A DNA stretch of 64,000 nt. Origin: Acidobacteriota bacterium. Lineage in GTDB: Bacteria > Acidobacteriota > UBA6911. Every line of letters starts with the position of its first letter. Positions within the stretch are counted from its first letter, which is position 1. The position numbers and the translations under genes were made by a program. Below, piece by piece: positions 48,524 to 59,600 of the stretch. The stretch is from positions 2,912,001 through 2,976,000 of the forward strand of contig OY761556.1 in NCBI GenBank assembly GCA_963664705.1. Reading direction: 5' to 3'. A model generated the notes under the pieces. The model worked only from the letters and a program-made list of their open reading frames with translations, did not search any database and was not told the origin of the DNA.

Positions 48524-49633
48524 ATGGGCATCTGGGATAAGGTACGTGGCGAATTCATTGACATCATTCAATGGATTGACGACTCAAACGACACAATGGT
48601 GTACCGGTTCGAGCGGTACAACAACCAGATCAAGTACGGGGCACAACTGACGGTGCGTGAAGGTCAGGCGGCGGTATTCGTCAATGAAGGCAAAATTGCG
48701 GATATCTTCCAGCCCGGAATGTACACCCTGGAAACCAAAAACCTTCCGGTGCTCTCCACGCTCCAGGGATGGAAATACGGATTCAATAGTCCGTTCATGG
48801 CAGAAGTTTACTTCTGTTCATTGCGTCAGTTTACCGACCTGAAATGGGGCACCATGAATCCGATCATCGTCCGCGATGCAGAATTCGGTCCCACACGTTT
48901 GCGTGCCTTCGGTACCTATGTGATGAAGGTAAACGACCCCGCGGTTCTGATACGACAGATTGTGGGAACGGATGGCCATTTCACGGTCGATGAGGTCGTC
49001 AATCAGCTGCGAAACCTGATTGTTTCGCGCTTTGCCGAAATCGTGGGCCAGAGCAAGATTCCGGTGCTCGATATGGCGGCCAACTACAGCGAATTGGGAG
49101 ACTTTCTCACCAAACGGATTGCTCTCGAATTCCAGACCTACGGCCTTGAACTGACCAAGCTTTTGGTCGAGAACATTTCATTGCCGCCGGCCGTGGAAGA
49201 AGCGCTCGACAAGCGCACGAGCATGGGAGTTGTCGGCAACCTCGCAGCGTTCACACAATTCAACATCGCAAACTCGATACCGGATGCCGCCAAAAATCCG
49301 GGCGGCCTGGCTGCTGCGGGAGCGGGACTGGGCATGGGAATGGCAATGGCTGGGCCGATTGGACAGGCAATGGCCGCCCAGCAACCGTCAGCCGCGGCTG
49401 CGGCCACGCCTCCTCCTATTCCGGGCGCCGTAACCTATTTCGTCGCGATGGACGGGAAACAGACCGGCCCCTTCGACCTGCAGACGCTCACCTCACAGGC
49501 ATCGATGGGCCGCCTCACAAGAGAGACGCTCGTGTGGACGCAGGGAATGGCGCAATGGACGGCTGCAGGGCAAGTCCCTGCGCTGGCCGGGATTTTTGCA
49601 AACGTTCCTCCGCCACTGCCGCCGACTCAATAA
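48524..49633 (+). CDS. SPFH domain protein with a C-terminal GYF_2 domain
   Basis: LTVREGQ.AVF, KWGT..P, QTGPF..LVW..GM..W. Confidence 0.9.
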   Translation: MGIWDKVRGEFIDIIQWIDDSNDTMVYRFERYNNQIKYGAQLTVREGQAAVFVNEGKIADIFQPGMYTLETKNLPVLSTLQGWKYGFNSPFMAEVYFCSLRQFTDLKWGTMNPIIVRDAEFGPTRLRAFGTYVMKVNDPAVLIRQIVGTDGHFTVDEVVNQLRNLIVSRFAEIVGQSKIPVLDMAANYSELGDFLTKRIALEFQTYGLELTKLLVENISLPPAVEEALDKRTSMGVVGNLAAFTQFNIANSIPDAAKNPGGLAAAGAGLGMGMAMAGPIGQAMAAQQPSAAAAATPPPIPGAVTYFVAMDGKQTGPFDLQTLTSQASMGRLTRETLVWTQGMAQWTAAGQVPALAGIFANVPPPLPPTQ

Positions 49634-49638
49634 ATAAT

Positions 49639-49681
49639 CGGGGCGCTTCCCCTTCCTTTTCCATCGGGAAGCGCCCCTTTT
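49639..49681 (+). terminator. Intrinsic terminator or intercistronic hairpin
   Basis: GGGGCGCTTCCC...GGGAAGCGCCCC followed by TTTT. Confidence 0.65.
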
Positions 49682-49696
49682 CCCATTTTTCAAATT

Positions 49697-50803
49697 ATGG
49701 AAAACCAAGGAAGCCCGGTTTCTGCGGAACAATATTCATGTGCTCAATGCGGGGCAAAGCTGGATTTCGCCCCGGGCACCACTGCGATGAAATGTCCCTA
49801 TTGCGGCTTTGAATCGCAGATAGCTCCATCGGACGTTCAGGTTACAGAACTCGACTACCGGACCTATCTCGAAAAGTCCGCTGACGAAAAGCAAACCCAG
49901 GAAGCCAAGCGCGTCAAATGCAATCAATGCGGCGCGGAAACGACCATGTCGGCCAATGCCACCGCAGACATGTGCCCCTTCTGCGGAGCCAATCTCGTAT
50001 TTTCCGAAAGCGTAAGCCGCCTCATAAAGCCCGAAGGGCTTCTTCCCTTCAAAGTCTCTCAGCGGGAAGCCTTTGACAAATTCAGACAGTGGATCCAGGG
50101 GCTGTGGTTTGCTCCCGGCGGGCTGAAACAGTATGCCCGCACCGAGGCGAAGCTGGCGGGCGTCTATATCCCGTTCTGGACATATGACAGCGATACCACC
50201 ACCGCTTACCAGGGAGAGCGCGGCGATTACTACTATACCAACGAAACGTACACGACCACGGAGAACGGCCAGACAGTAACCCGCACCCGTCGCGTACGAC
50301 ACACTCGCTGGACACCCACCAGCGGAACCGTCTGGAACAACTTCGACGATATCCTGATATTGGCCGGAAAATCTCTGCCCCGGAAATACGCAGACCGGCT
50401 GGAGCCATGGGATCTGGCCAATATCGTCCCTTATACGGATGAATATCTGAGCGGCTTTCGCGCCGAAAGCTACCAGGTGTCATTGTCCGAAGGATTCGAG
50501 GAAGCGAAAGGAGTCATGGCCTCCGCCATCGATACTTCGATCCGTCAGGATATCGGCGGAGATGAGCAGCAAATCCATTCCAGGCAGACGCAATACGGCA
50601 GCATCACGTTCAAGCATATCCTGCTGCCGGTGTGGTTGACAGCCTACCGGTTCAAGGAAAAGATCTTTCGAATCCTGATCAACGCGCGAACCGGAGAGGT
50701 CCAGGGCGAGCGTCCCTACAGCGCGTGGAAGATTGCGCTCGCAGTCATTGCCGCGCTGATTGCTCTTGGAATTGTGGTGCTGATTGGGGCGTCCCAGAAG
50801 TAA
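49697..50803 (+). CDS. Zinc-ribbon membrane-anchored protein (SPFH partner)
   Basis: Four CxxC motifs, YIPFW, LLPVW, NARTGEVQGERP, C-terminal TM. Confidence 0.85.
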   Translation: MENQGSPVSAEQYSCAQCGAKLDFAPGTTAMKCPYCGFESQIAPSDVQVTELDYRTYLEKSADEKQTQEAKRVKCNQCGAETTMSANATADMCPFCGANLVFSESVSRLIKPEGLLPFKVSQREAFDKFRQWIQGLWFAPGGLKQYARTEAKLAGVYIPFWTYDSDTTTAYQGERGDYYYTNETYTTTENGQTVTRTRRVRHTRWTPTSGTVWNNFDDILILAGKSLPRKYADRLEPWDLANIVPYTDEYLSGFRAESYQVSLSEGFEEAKGVMASAIDTSIRQDIGGDEQQIHSRQTQYGSITFKHILLPVWLTAYRFKEKIFRILINARTGEVQGERPYSAWKIALAVIAALIALGIVVLIGASQK

Positions 50804-50815
50804 ATAGCGAAAGCT

Positions 50816-50854
50816 CGCGAAATTCGCGGCAATAGGCACGCCGCGAATTTCGCG
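50816..50854. terminator. Hairpin between convergent genes
   Basis: CGCGAAATTCGCGGC...GCCGCGAATTTCGCG. Confidence 0.65.
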
Positions 50855-50867
50855 CAGTTTATGGCAG

Positions 50868-52088
50868 TTATGCTGCGGCAGCCATCGTCACAACTTTCTT
50901 GCGTGGACGGGTTTCCTTAAGGGTAAGGGTCAGGAAAGCCGTAACCATCAGAAGTAATGCAGCCGCCAGCATCATCGAAGGCAATCCCTGGGAATCCGCA
51001 ATTTTACCGGCAACAACCGGCCAAACAGCCGCGCCCAGCAAATCTCCCATTCCCTGCACCAGGGCTCCCACCGTCGCCACCAGACCGACCGGCACCGACT
51101 CCATCGGAACCATCGTCATATAGATAGGGATGACCGCGGCGGTAAAGCCAAAAAAGAAGATGTATGCATAAACCGAAATCATCGCGCCGGGGAACAGATA
51201 CATGAACAGCGGCGGGATAATGCTGAACAGCAAGCCGACAAACATCACCGGCTTCCGGCCGAAATTGTCCGCCAGCTTCGGGACAAAAATACAATAGATA
51301 ATATAGAGAATGCCCATGGCCGCCGTCACCCAGCCCATCGACTGCAGATTGAAATGCGAAATGTTGACAAGGTAAACCGAGGCAAACAGCATCATGGTCC
51401 AATACCCGGACAAACCGAGTACACACATGATCAGGCAGATAACGACATTCCGATACTTAAACAAATCGGCAAAGCCGGTGCTCTTTTCTCCATCCGCAAC
51501 CACTTCCTTCTCCACATGAATCTCTCTGACAAAGAAGAGCACGACAAAAAACATGACGAATGTCGGCAGACTGGAAAGGAGGAAAGTCATCTGCCAGGAA
51601 TACCCTACCGCCAATTGCGTGATGAAAACCGGACCGATCGTGGTCCCAAGAGTCCCGATGGACGAGTTGAGGATTCCGCAGTTGCGGCCAAAGCTCTCCT
51701 TATTAACGCTAAAAAGCATGGAGTAAATCAAAGGAGAAACCGGCCCTTCACAGAAACCCACCAATCCGCGGATCATCAGCAATTGAGGGAATGTGTGAAC
51801 AAACACGCCCGCAGCGGAGAAGATGGCCGTTCCAAGAAGAAAGGGAAGCAGAATTTTTTTTCTATAGCCCAGCCGATCGGAGATAAATCCAAATACGATG
51901 GAAGAAACCGCAAAACAGGCGGCAGTCGCAAACCCGACCCACCCGATGTCGGCATTATTCATGTTCAGTTTGGGCGACACGATCGGGGCTAAAAAGGAAA
52001 TCGCCAACCGGTCCATGAAAACGATGCCCCAGGTAATGAAGAATATTGCCAGAAGCTTGTATTCATATCCGCGACTTGTACTTGTCAT
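50868..52088 (-). CDS. MFS transporter
   Basis: 12 TM helices; FMDR, SDRLGYRK, ADNFGRK. Confidence 0.93.
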   Translation of the reverse strand: MTSTSRGYEYKLLAIFFITWGIVFMDRLAISFLAPIVSPKLNMNNADIGWVGFATAACFAVSSIVFGFISDRLGYRKKILLPFLLGTAIFSAAGVFVHTFPQLLMIRGLVGFCEGPVSPLIYSMLFSVNKESFGRNCGILNSSIGTLGTTIGPVFITQLAVGYSWQMTFLLSSLPTFVMFFVVLFFVREIHVEKEVVADGEKSTGFADLFKYRNVVICLIMCVLGLSGYWTMMLFASVYLVNISHFNLQSMGWVTAAMGILYIIYCIFVPKLADNFGRKPVMFVGLLFSIIPPLFMYLFPGAMISVYAYIFFFGFTAAVIPIYMTMVPMESVPVGLVATVGALVQGMGDLLGAAVWPVVAGKIADSQGLPSMMLAAALLLMVTAFLTLTLKETRPRKKVVTMAAAA

Positions 52089-52470
52089 GGAAGTACCGTC
52101 TCCTAGTGAATGACAGCATCTTTAAGATGCTCTGGATTTTGGCCAAAGAGAAAACTCATCTTTCGTTTTTTTGCGGCAAAAATCAAGGATATCCGACTGC
52201 GGTTCCCATTTTGGGAAATCGGTAACGCCATCTTTGGAAATAACAAGGGCCACCCCCGTGGGTGGCCCGCTATAGGAGAGGAGTAAGTTCGCAAATACAA
52301 TACTGCGTTTAGCGAGCGGACACATCGACTGCCGTGACCTTTTTCAATGGTCGTCCACTGCCGGTTCCGATGGCCCCCGATGGCAGAAATTGGCCATGGG
52401 GCGTAATCATGACACTGCGCACCGCTTTTGGGCATTCCGGTTTAAACCAATACATATCAATAATTTATCG

Positions 52471-52519
52471 TGTGGATAATTTAACTTTCCACAGGTTTTT
52501 CCACAGCTTCTGTGGATTC
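52471..52519. promoter_or_regulatory. Cluster of four DnaA-box-like 9-mers
   Basis: TGTGGATAA (perfect), CTTTCCACA, TTTTCCACA and TGTGGATTC within 49 bp, next to an AT-rich tract. Confidence 0.55.
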
Positions 52520-52695
52520 TGGCAGCTCGATGAAATCGGAAATTCTGTGTAATGTGTGAAATATATGTCCCTCCCCAAGAGGAGATGCCCGCCCAACACC
52601 GGTTCTCCCCATCGGCTCATTTCGGGGTCGGAACCCCCTTGACGCCGGTGGGTGTTGTCGTTAGGCTCTTGAATATTGCCCGGAGGCCCGGTCCG

Positions 52696-54006
52696 ATGGA
52701 AAGAATTCAAATGCCAGACTGGATTACAAGAAAAAGAAACGGTGAAAGCCTTGCGGAGGAGGAAATTTCCGCTTTGATCCGAGCCTACACCCTGGGAGAA
52801 ATACCCGACTCTCAAATGGCGGCCTGGCTGATGGCAGTGTTTTTCCAGGGCATGAATGCCCAGGAAACCCTGGCTCTGACCCGCTGCATGGTAGATTCCG
52901 GGCTCCGGCTGGATCTGTCCGGGCTGGGTTGTCCGCGCGCCGACAAGCACAGCACGGGCGGGGTCGGCGACAAAACATCCCTGGTGTTGGCTCCGCTCGT
53001 GGCGGCGGCCGGAGTTGCCGTGCCGATGATTTCAGGCCGCACGCTGGGATTCACGGGAGGAACACTCAATAAACTGGAGTCCATTCCGGGGTTCCGCGTA
53101 GATCTTACAGTCCCGGAGTTCCAGAGAGTTCTGGAAAAGGTCGGATGCGCGATGATCGGTCAGACAGCCGAACTCGCGCCTGCGGACCGGAAGATCTATG
53201 CGCTTCGCGATGCGACCTCCACCGTTGAATGCATCCCCCTGATCGTGGCCAGCATTCTCAGCAAAAAACTGGTTGAAGATCTGGATGCCTTGGTGCTGGA
53301 TGTCAAGTTTGGCAGTGGCGCATTTATGCCCAGCGCGGAGAAAGCCGCGGAGCTTGCCGGAAAGCTCGTGGAAGTAGCCAACAGTTTCGGCACCAGAACT
53401 TGTGCGCTTCTGACCGACATGAATCAGCCCCTGGGGGCCGCGATTGGAAACGCACTGGAGGTATCGGAAGCCATTGAGGCGCTGCAGGGAGGCGGACCGG
53501 CCGATTTTGTCGGATTATGTGAAGACCTGGCGACTTACATGGTGGTTCTAGCCCTTCCACAGGAGGATCCAGAGAAGGTCCGCCAAAGGATATCCAAACT
53601 TATGAGCTCCGGAAAGGCACTGGAGTACTTCGGACGGATGGTGGAGGCTCAGGGGGGAGATCCACGCATTGTGGATCACGCCGATTTGCTGCCCCGGTCG
53701 CGCCATCAGCACGTGGTTCGGGCGGCAAGCCCCGGATACCTCGCCGAAGCCGGGGCGCGCGGGCTGGCAATTGCATCCATGAATATCGGGGCCGCACTTA
53801 ATGATCCGGCTGTCGGGCTGGTCGTTCATAAGAAGGTAGCCGATCTCGTGGAAAAGGGAGAACCCCTCTGCACCATTCACTATAATAAGGAGGCCTTGCT
53901 TTCGCAGGTTCTGCCCTCCGTGGAGATGTCGTTCCGGATCCGGCAAGAGAAGGTGCAACCGCCGGCCCTTGTAGCCGGAATCATTGGAGCCAAACCGGGA
54001 AAATGA
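52696..54006 (+). CDS. pdp: Pyrimidine-nucleoside / thymidine phosphorylase
   Basis: DKHSTGGVGDKTS, SGRTLG.TGGT, SILSKK, LDVKFGSGAF. Confidence 0.95.
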   Translation: MERIQMPDWITRKRNGESLAEEEISALIRAYTLGEIPDSQMAAWLMAVFFQGMNAQETLALTRCMVDSGLRLDLSGLGCPRADKHSTGGVGDKTSLVLAPLVAAAGVAVPMISGRTLGFTGGTLNKLESIPGFRVDLTVPEFQRVLEKVGCAMIGQTAELAPADRKIYALRDATSTVECIPLIVASILSKKLVEDLDALVLDVKFGSGAFMPSAEKAAELAGKLVEVANSFGTRTCALLTDMNQPLGAAIGNALEVSEAIEALQGGGPADFVGLCEDLATYMVVLALPQEDPEKVRQRISKLMSSGKALEYFGRMVEAQGGDPRIVDHADLLPRSRHQHVVRAASPGYLAEAGARGLAIASMNIGAALNDPAVGLVVHKKVADLVEKGEPLCTIHYNKEALLSQVLPSVEMSFRIRQEKVQPPALVAGIIGAKPGK

Positions 54007-54009
54007 AAG

Positions 54010-54426
54010 GTGCGCGAAATGGAAAATGTCGATAGTGCTCTATATCAAGCCGCGGTTGCCTCCCGTGAAAAAGCGCTGGCACTGTATTCTCAGTTTCGCG
54101 TTGGCGCAGCGCTTCAGTGCACAGACGGAACCATTTTCACCGGATGCAATATAGAAAGCGCCAGCTACGGATTGACTATTTGCGCAGAAAGAACCGCCCT
54201 GTTCAAAGCTCTTAGCGACGGTCAGCACAAGTTCAGCCGTATCCTGGTCGTTGCCGATACCCAAGAACTGACTCCCCCCTGCGGTGCTTGCCGGCAGGTT
54301 TTGTGGGATTTCGCACCCCAAATTGAGGTCGTCATTGCCAACCTGAGTGGCGACGCCAAGATCTTTCGGATGACGGATCTGTTCCCTAACCCTTTTGGCA
54401 GCCACCTGTTAGGACCCACCCAATGA
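54010..54426 (+). CDS. cdd: Cytidine deaminase (homotetrameric type)
   Basis: GCNIE, CAER, PCGACRQ. Confidence 0.95.
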   Translation: MREMENVDSALYQAAVASREKALALYSQFRVGAALQCTDGTIFTGCNIESASYGLTICAERTALFKALSDGQHKFSRILVVADTQELTPPCGACRQVLWDFAPQIEVVIANLSGDAKIFRMTDLFPNPFGSHLLGPTQ

Positions 54427-54436
54427 TTTCTGCGTA

Positions 54437-54590
54437 AGAACCGGAAGAACCGGGCGAAGAACCGGGACGGAAGAACCGGGACACCCATTATCTGCCGTCT
54501 ATAAGGCAACTGAAACAACCGAAATTGATGGGTGTCCCGGTTCTTCCGGTTCTTTTTCCCGGTTCTTCCGGCTTCCGGTTCTTTCCGGTC
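54437..54590. repeat. Long inverted repeat built from tandem GAAGAACCGG units
   Basis: (AAGAACCGG)n-GGACACCCAT ... ATGGGTGTCC-(CCGGTTCTT)n. Confidence 0.75.
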
Positions 54591-54771
54591 TTAGGGGATC
54601 GAGAAATAACTTTGTGGCATTTTTTGCACTTTTTTTATTTTTCCGGTAGGCGATTACCGAGGAATTACGTTCTTGCTTAATGTACGGATGGACCAGAAAT
54701 CTGGCATTCGGAGCAGAAATGGAATTCTGTGACAAACCGCCTAGTATTATTCGGGAAGGTGCAATAGAACG

Positions 54772-55086
54772 ATGCCACACTTACCTTTTGTAGCAGGAGA
54801 CATTGTTTCGGTCTTATCCCAAGACGGAAAGTACCGCATATTGAAGATTCTTGTAGTGGATGAACTGGGATTGTATACACAACTGTTTGCGCAACAGTTT
54901 ACGGAACGGCCGCGCCTGATCAACATCAGCAAGCTGAGTACGCCGGCTTTTGGTCCTGTAAATTTTCCCGTCACTCATGAGCAGTTCGCACTTTGTAAAC
55001 CGGAAGTAATTGCTTACCAGCGGGTCAGCGACGAGGATTTGAAAGATTATCGGCTGTGGATCAATGACAAGGGGACATATTGTTAA
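54772..55086 (+). CDS. Hypothetical protein
   Basis: 104-aa ORF with GDIVSV..GKYRILKIL. Confidence 0.65.
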   Translation: MPHLPFVAGDIVSVLSQDGKYRILKILVVDELGLYTQLFAQQFTERPRLINISKLSTPAFGPVNFPVTHEQFALCKPEVIAYQRVSDEDLKDYRLWINDKGTYC

Positions 55087-55107
55087 AGAGGGCAGTCCCC
55101 GGGGTTC

Positions 55108-55728
55108 CTAGAACCTGGAGAAACGACCGCGCGGACCCACAAAACGCTTTTCGATCTGGGATAAAATGATTTCGGCTTCCGGTGGATTGCAGCCCTTCTT
55201 CTGCAGAAATGGCTGGAAGCCGACTCCGATTCGATACCGGTATCCGATGCTTTGAACCGGCAAGGCATAGATCACCCTCGCCTCCAGCATCAAATCCTCT
55301 TCACCCAGCGGGAAACAAAGGCCGAGCGATATCTTCTGCCCGGGCTTTTCGGCCTCATCTGCCAAAAAAGCCATCCCGCCCCTGTTAATGTCCAGGATTG
55401 GATACCTCTTCTGGCATTTTGAGAGCCGGCGGCGCCCCCCGGTGCTATAGCGTACCAGCGCACCGGGGATCGTCAACCGCGGATTCGTCCTTTGCTTTTG
55501 ATGTCCTTTGTGATGCGTGGAACCACGAGTCTCCCTGATGGAGTCGAAGGCACGCACCAGCCGGCGACTTTCAGAGTACTCGCGAAAGGTTGCCCCCTCT
55601 GCTTTTTGAACGGCTTTTTCGATATCTGCTACCTTCACATTCAGCGTGGATGCCAGACTTGCGGACGTGATCTCGGGGTAGATGATCAGGTGCGTTTCGA
55701 TATCTTTCAAGAGCTCGCCATAATTCAT
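55108..55728 (-). CDS. PilZ domain protein with an N-terminal HTH-like region
   Basis: QRTNPR (RxxxR) and DINRGG motifs. Confidence 0.8.
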   Translation of the reverse strand: MNYGELLKDIETHLIIYPEITSASLASTLNVKVADIEKAVQKAEGATFREYSESRRLVRAFDSIRETRGSTHHKGHQKQRTNPRLTIPGALVRYSTGGRRRLSKCQKRYPILDINRGGMAFLADEAEKPGQKISLGLCFPLGEEDLMLEARVIYALPVQSIGYRYRIGVGFQPFLQKKGCNPPEAEIILSQIEKRFVGPRGRFSRF

Positions 55729-55816
55729 ATCGATCTTCTCCCATTAAGCCTGGCTGCAAGCAGCCAGGCTTGCCTCCCGGTAGCCTCAGCGGCTGCCGGA
55801 AAATGAGAAGACCCAG

Positions 55817-56014
55817 CTACCCAAAATTTCGAACCACGGTGGAATGATCCACCATTTGGAAAAACGCCGTCATTCTCTTTCGGCAATTTGGGCACTGTTC
55901 TACATGCATTTCGAGCAGATACTTCATCTCGGGACTCAAACGGCCACATCTCATCTCATAGCATATGAGATCACACAGCAGTTCCTCACAGACCTGTTTT
56001 TCAGAGATTCGCAT
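55817..56014 (-). CDS. Small zf-HC2 (anti-sigma-like zinc finger) protein
   Basis: H-x3-C-x2-C (MHVEQCPNCR); GAGGGG RBS. Confidence 0.7.
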   Translation of the reverse strand: MRISEKQVCEELLCDLICYEMRCGRLSPEMKYLLEMHVEQCPNCRKRMTAFFQMVDHSTVVRNFG

Positions 56015-56056
56015 AAGGTCCCCTCATTTCCTGGAAACTGGACACGCTGTTGGGAA

Positions 56057-56395
56057 TCAAGCTTTTTGCGTCAAACTCTCAGGCAGTGCCCAATAAAGCT
56101 CCCTGGGAGCTAAAGCCAGATCAGCCTGATCAACCGCCCTCTCTGGAAGCAACGCCGGGGTTTCGAATGTCAACAGTTGGGCAATAGGATCGGGGACAGG
56201 CTGTCCCTCCTCAACCGGTGTTATCGCATCGGTATCGACAAGGATGATGAAGGTCCCATCCTCTAACGGCAGCACAATAACCGAGTCGCAGCATGGAGGC
56301 GGTGAATCCTCCTGGGCAAAAGAAGCAACGGGGGCAAGCAGTCCAACCATGAACAACAAACCCAAAAGGACAAGGCTCGATCGCAGAGTTTTCAT
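56057..56395 (-). CDS. Small secreted acidic protein
   Basis: AGGAG RBS; signal peptide ending SFA-QEDSPPPCC. Confidence 0.7.
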   Translation of the reverse strand: MKTLRSSLVLLGLLFMVGLLAPVASFAQEDSPPPCCDSVIVLPLEDGTFIILVDTDAITPVEEGQPVPDPIAQLLTFETPALLPERAVDQADLALAPRELYWALPESLTQKA

Positions 56396-56652
56396 TTTTT
56401 CTCCTGGTCTTGAAATCTCGGGTTGCACCTGAAGATAAGGCAAGCTAGAGTAGGCAGTGAAAAGACTACGCCCTCTCGCTCATTCTGTAGCCCGAGGCGG
56501 TTAATGAATGTGAGCGCTCCTGTTGCGGCAACAACGGAGCGCTCTTTTTTTGCTCATTACGAGCTTTCAATAACCAAGAACGCAAAATCTCGAGAATCGC
56601 CTACCGGATTTTAAAAATATTTTTGGGAGCGCTCCCGGTTGAATGGAATTAC

Positions 56653-59600
56653 CTACTGAGGATTTCCGACAAGGATGTACGGGACCCAGGATTGGGGGCC
56701 GCCGGCGGAGTGCTTTCGGGCGGCGGCGAGCAGGGTAAGTTGAGCGGTTTGGAGCGCTTTGGCTTTGCCCGCTCCTTGGCGCAGCATTTCATAGAACTGG
56801 CAATCCAGTTTCCTGGTGGCTTCGTCATCCACGGGCAGGAGGCTGGCGATAACCGAAGGCGCTCCGGCATTCAGAAATGCCGGGATCAGCCCCCAGGGCC
56901 CTTCTCCTTCAGCGACCGGACCCGTCGCAGTCTCGCACCCGGCCAGATTCACCAGGCGGTTTGCCGCACATTTCCAGCCGCTGATCGTCTGGCTGTCGAG
57001 ATAAATCTTCTGCGGTATTGTTTGAAGCACCAGCACAGGTTTCCCCTCCGGCTTCAATGAATGGCCGGAAAAATGCACGATGGCAGAATTCTCCGTTTCG
57101 CGGACCAGGGCCGGCCAATCATTGGCGCTGACACTGCGGGCATTCTTTCCAAACAGCTTTGATAGATACGCCAGTTCTTCGCGGGCAAATGGCAATCCTT
57201 GTGTCCCGTCAATCATGACAACACTATTGGACGAGGCCATCCTGTGATTCAGGCAGTAACTGTACACCGTCTGTGAAGGTGCGTAAGCAATGGGCATTCT
57301 CTCGATCAGGTGCCGCCTGTTTGCATCCATCAGCCCGGCAAATGGAAGCGTGTGAAGCGGACCGTCCGGCAAAATGGCCAGCGTCTCGGTTCCCTGTCCG
57401 TCGAGATGTTTTTCTATGGGTAGTATCAGCTCCTGGTAGAGTTTTCCCGCCAATTCTGCAAACCGCCCCAAATTGTTGTGTTGAATGGAGAGGACGAATG
57501 AACGGACCTGCTGGGAAATCTCATCGCGGGTCAGCTTTTGAAGAGAGGCTTCGAGCCGCCCTTGCCCGATGTAAAAGACCAGCAACCCTTCATCGACGAA
57601 AAAATATTCGATCATTGGCGAAGGCCCGGCAACCAGTTTCCTGCGGCTCTTTGCGGAAAGGGTTGCCACCGTAAGATCGTCTCTCAGGGTAGCAGCCTTT
57701 GCCCGGTCAACGAACTCCAGAGCTTTCTCCTTGTCTCCACGGCGAAAGAGCAAAGAAACCACTGCTTTGAATGGATCGTAACGATTATTGTAAAATGAGT
57801 GCTTTAAATCTCCGCGGGGGACCTTCTGACGCATTCGTTCAAGAATCGAAATGGACTGAACGTAAAGCGAGTGCGCCGCTTTCGGCTGATTCGTATATTC
57901 TAAAACTCTCCCTTTCAGAAATTTCGCTTCCCACTCCGTATCCAAATAGCGCCCGGATTGGCTGATCCTGATCGCTCTGTTCAAGAGATCCTTCGCTTCG
58001 GGAAAGCGCTTTTTGCTTAGATATATTTCAGCCACTGCGACGAGAGCGCGAGATTCTGCCTCTTTCATTCCGGCCTGGGCTGTGGCAAGGCTTTCGGAAA
58101 AGGCATTTTCCGCTTTGTCCAGATCGCCAAGGCGCATGGCCAGATTACCCTGGCGCAGCAACAGGTTGACGTGGCGAACGCTCATTTCCTGGACCCGGGC
58201 AGGATCATCGGCAATCCATTCGTCCTGAAGCCGCACGGCTTGAGCATAAAAAGCACCTGCATCCAGGAACCGCTCCTGCTGCTCCATCACTAGCCCTGCA
58301 TTCTCCAACGCCTCCGCCAGCTTAATTGTCTCCCCAATGTGGGCAGCCGCCCCCATGGCAAAAGAATATTCCTTCAGAGCCAAGTCCAACCGGCCCATCC
58401 TGCGATATTGATTCCCCCGGGTCATCGCAACGTAGAGAGGCCATTCATTCAAATGATATTGATCGGCGATGTTTTTAAGTTTCCGGGCGTATGTCAGGCT
58501 CTCGCCGAATTTCCGCTCCTGACCCATTATTATGGCCAGGCCCGCGAGTGCCCTTGCCGTCGGCTCCGGGGCATCCAGATTCTTCGCAACAGTCAGCATT
58601 TCGAAAAATTCACGTTCAGACGCCTGAAATTCCGCCTTGCATGTATACAGGATATTGGCGCGCAGGTGATGCAAATCCGCCAACTTCCAGTAGTCTTTTA
58701 GCTGGGTATACTGCGCTTCCAGATATTTGCTTCGGGTCAATATGCGGTCACAAAGGCGGTGGTTTTGCTGCAGTTTATTGAGTTTCTGGAATTCGTCGTC
58801 CAGTTCTCTCTTGAATCGGCGTTCCGGTGGAGAGAGCCCCACATAAAACTGTATCAGGTTTTTAAGACTATGATCGCCCGTGGCTTCACTATAGGAAGCT
58901 TCCATAGCCTTGGCTGCCCAGACCAGATCATCCGCACTGGGAGGCTCGCTCAAGTCAGAATCTTTCTCCGATTCCCTTCCCAGGCTCCGCCTCATTGAAG
59001 TAATAATGGCTCCTACGGTTTTGTCCGGGAGGAGCCTGGCAAGATCCGATATCGCAGCTGCTTCCCTCAGCCTGGCAGCGTGATCCATCTCCTCTCTGAA
59101 AACGGAGGAACGGCTCATCTGCATTCTCGTTTTGAGCGTCTTCAGTTCTTCCGCCCAGGCGGAATTGGGATCCTGTTTCAGGTACAACTCAATCTCTTTA
59201 AGTGCTTCCTGGTGCAATCCGGATCCGAAAAGCACCATGATTTTGTCATAGCGGGCTTCTACGGAATTGGGATCGAATGCCAGCACTCTCTCAAAATCAG
59301 CTTGCGCAGCCTTCAATTGGTTGATCCGATCGAGAGGATCATTACTCTGCTGCGCCTCCTCATACCAGGCCACTCCGCGCCCGATCAACGCCTGTTTGTC
59401 ATCTTTTTGAATTTTGAGGATTGACTCGAATTCACCACGGGCTTTTCCATACTCCGTCCCGCTCAAATAGATGTATCCCAAGCCTAGTCGCGCTTCGACC
59501 ATGTTTTCCTGGATAGCCAAAGCCTGGTACAGGCGATTTTCTGCGGAACGCAGAGAGCCTTGCTGGTCAGCAGCGCGCATGCCGGACTCTGCACTGAAGG

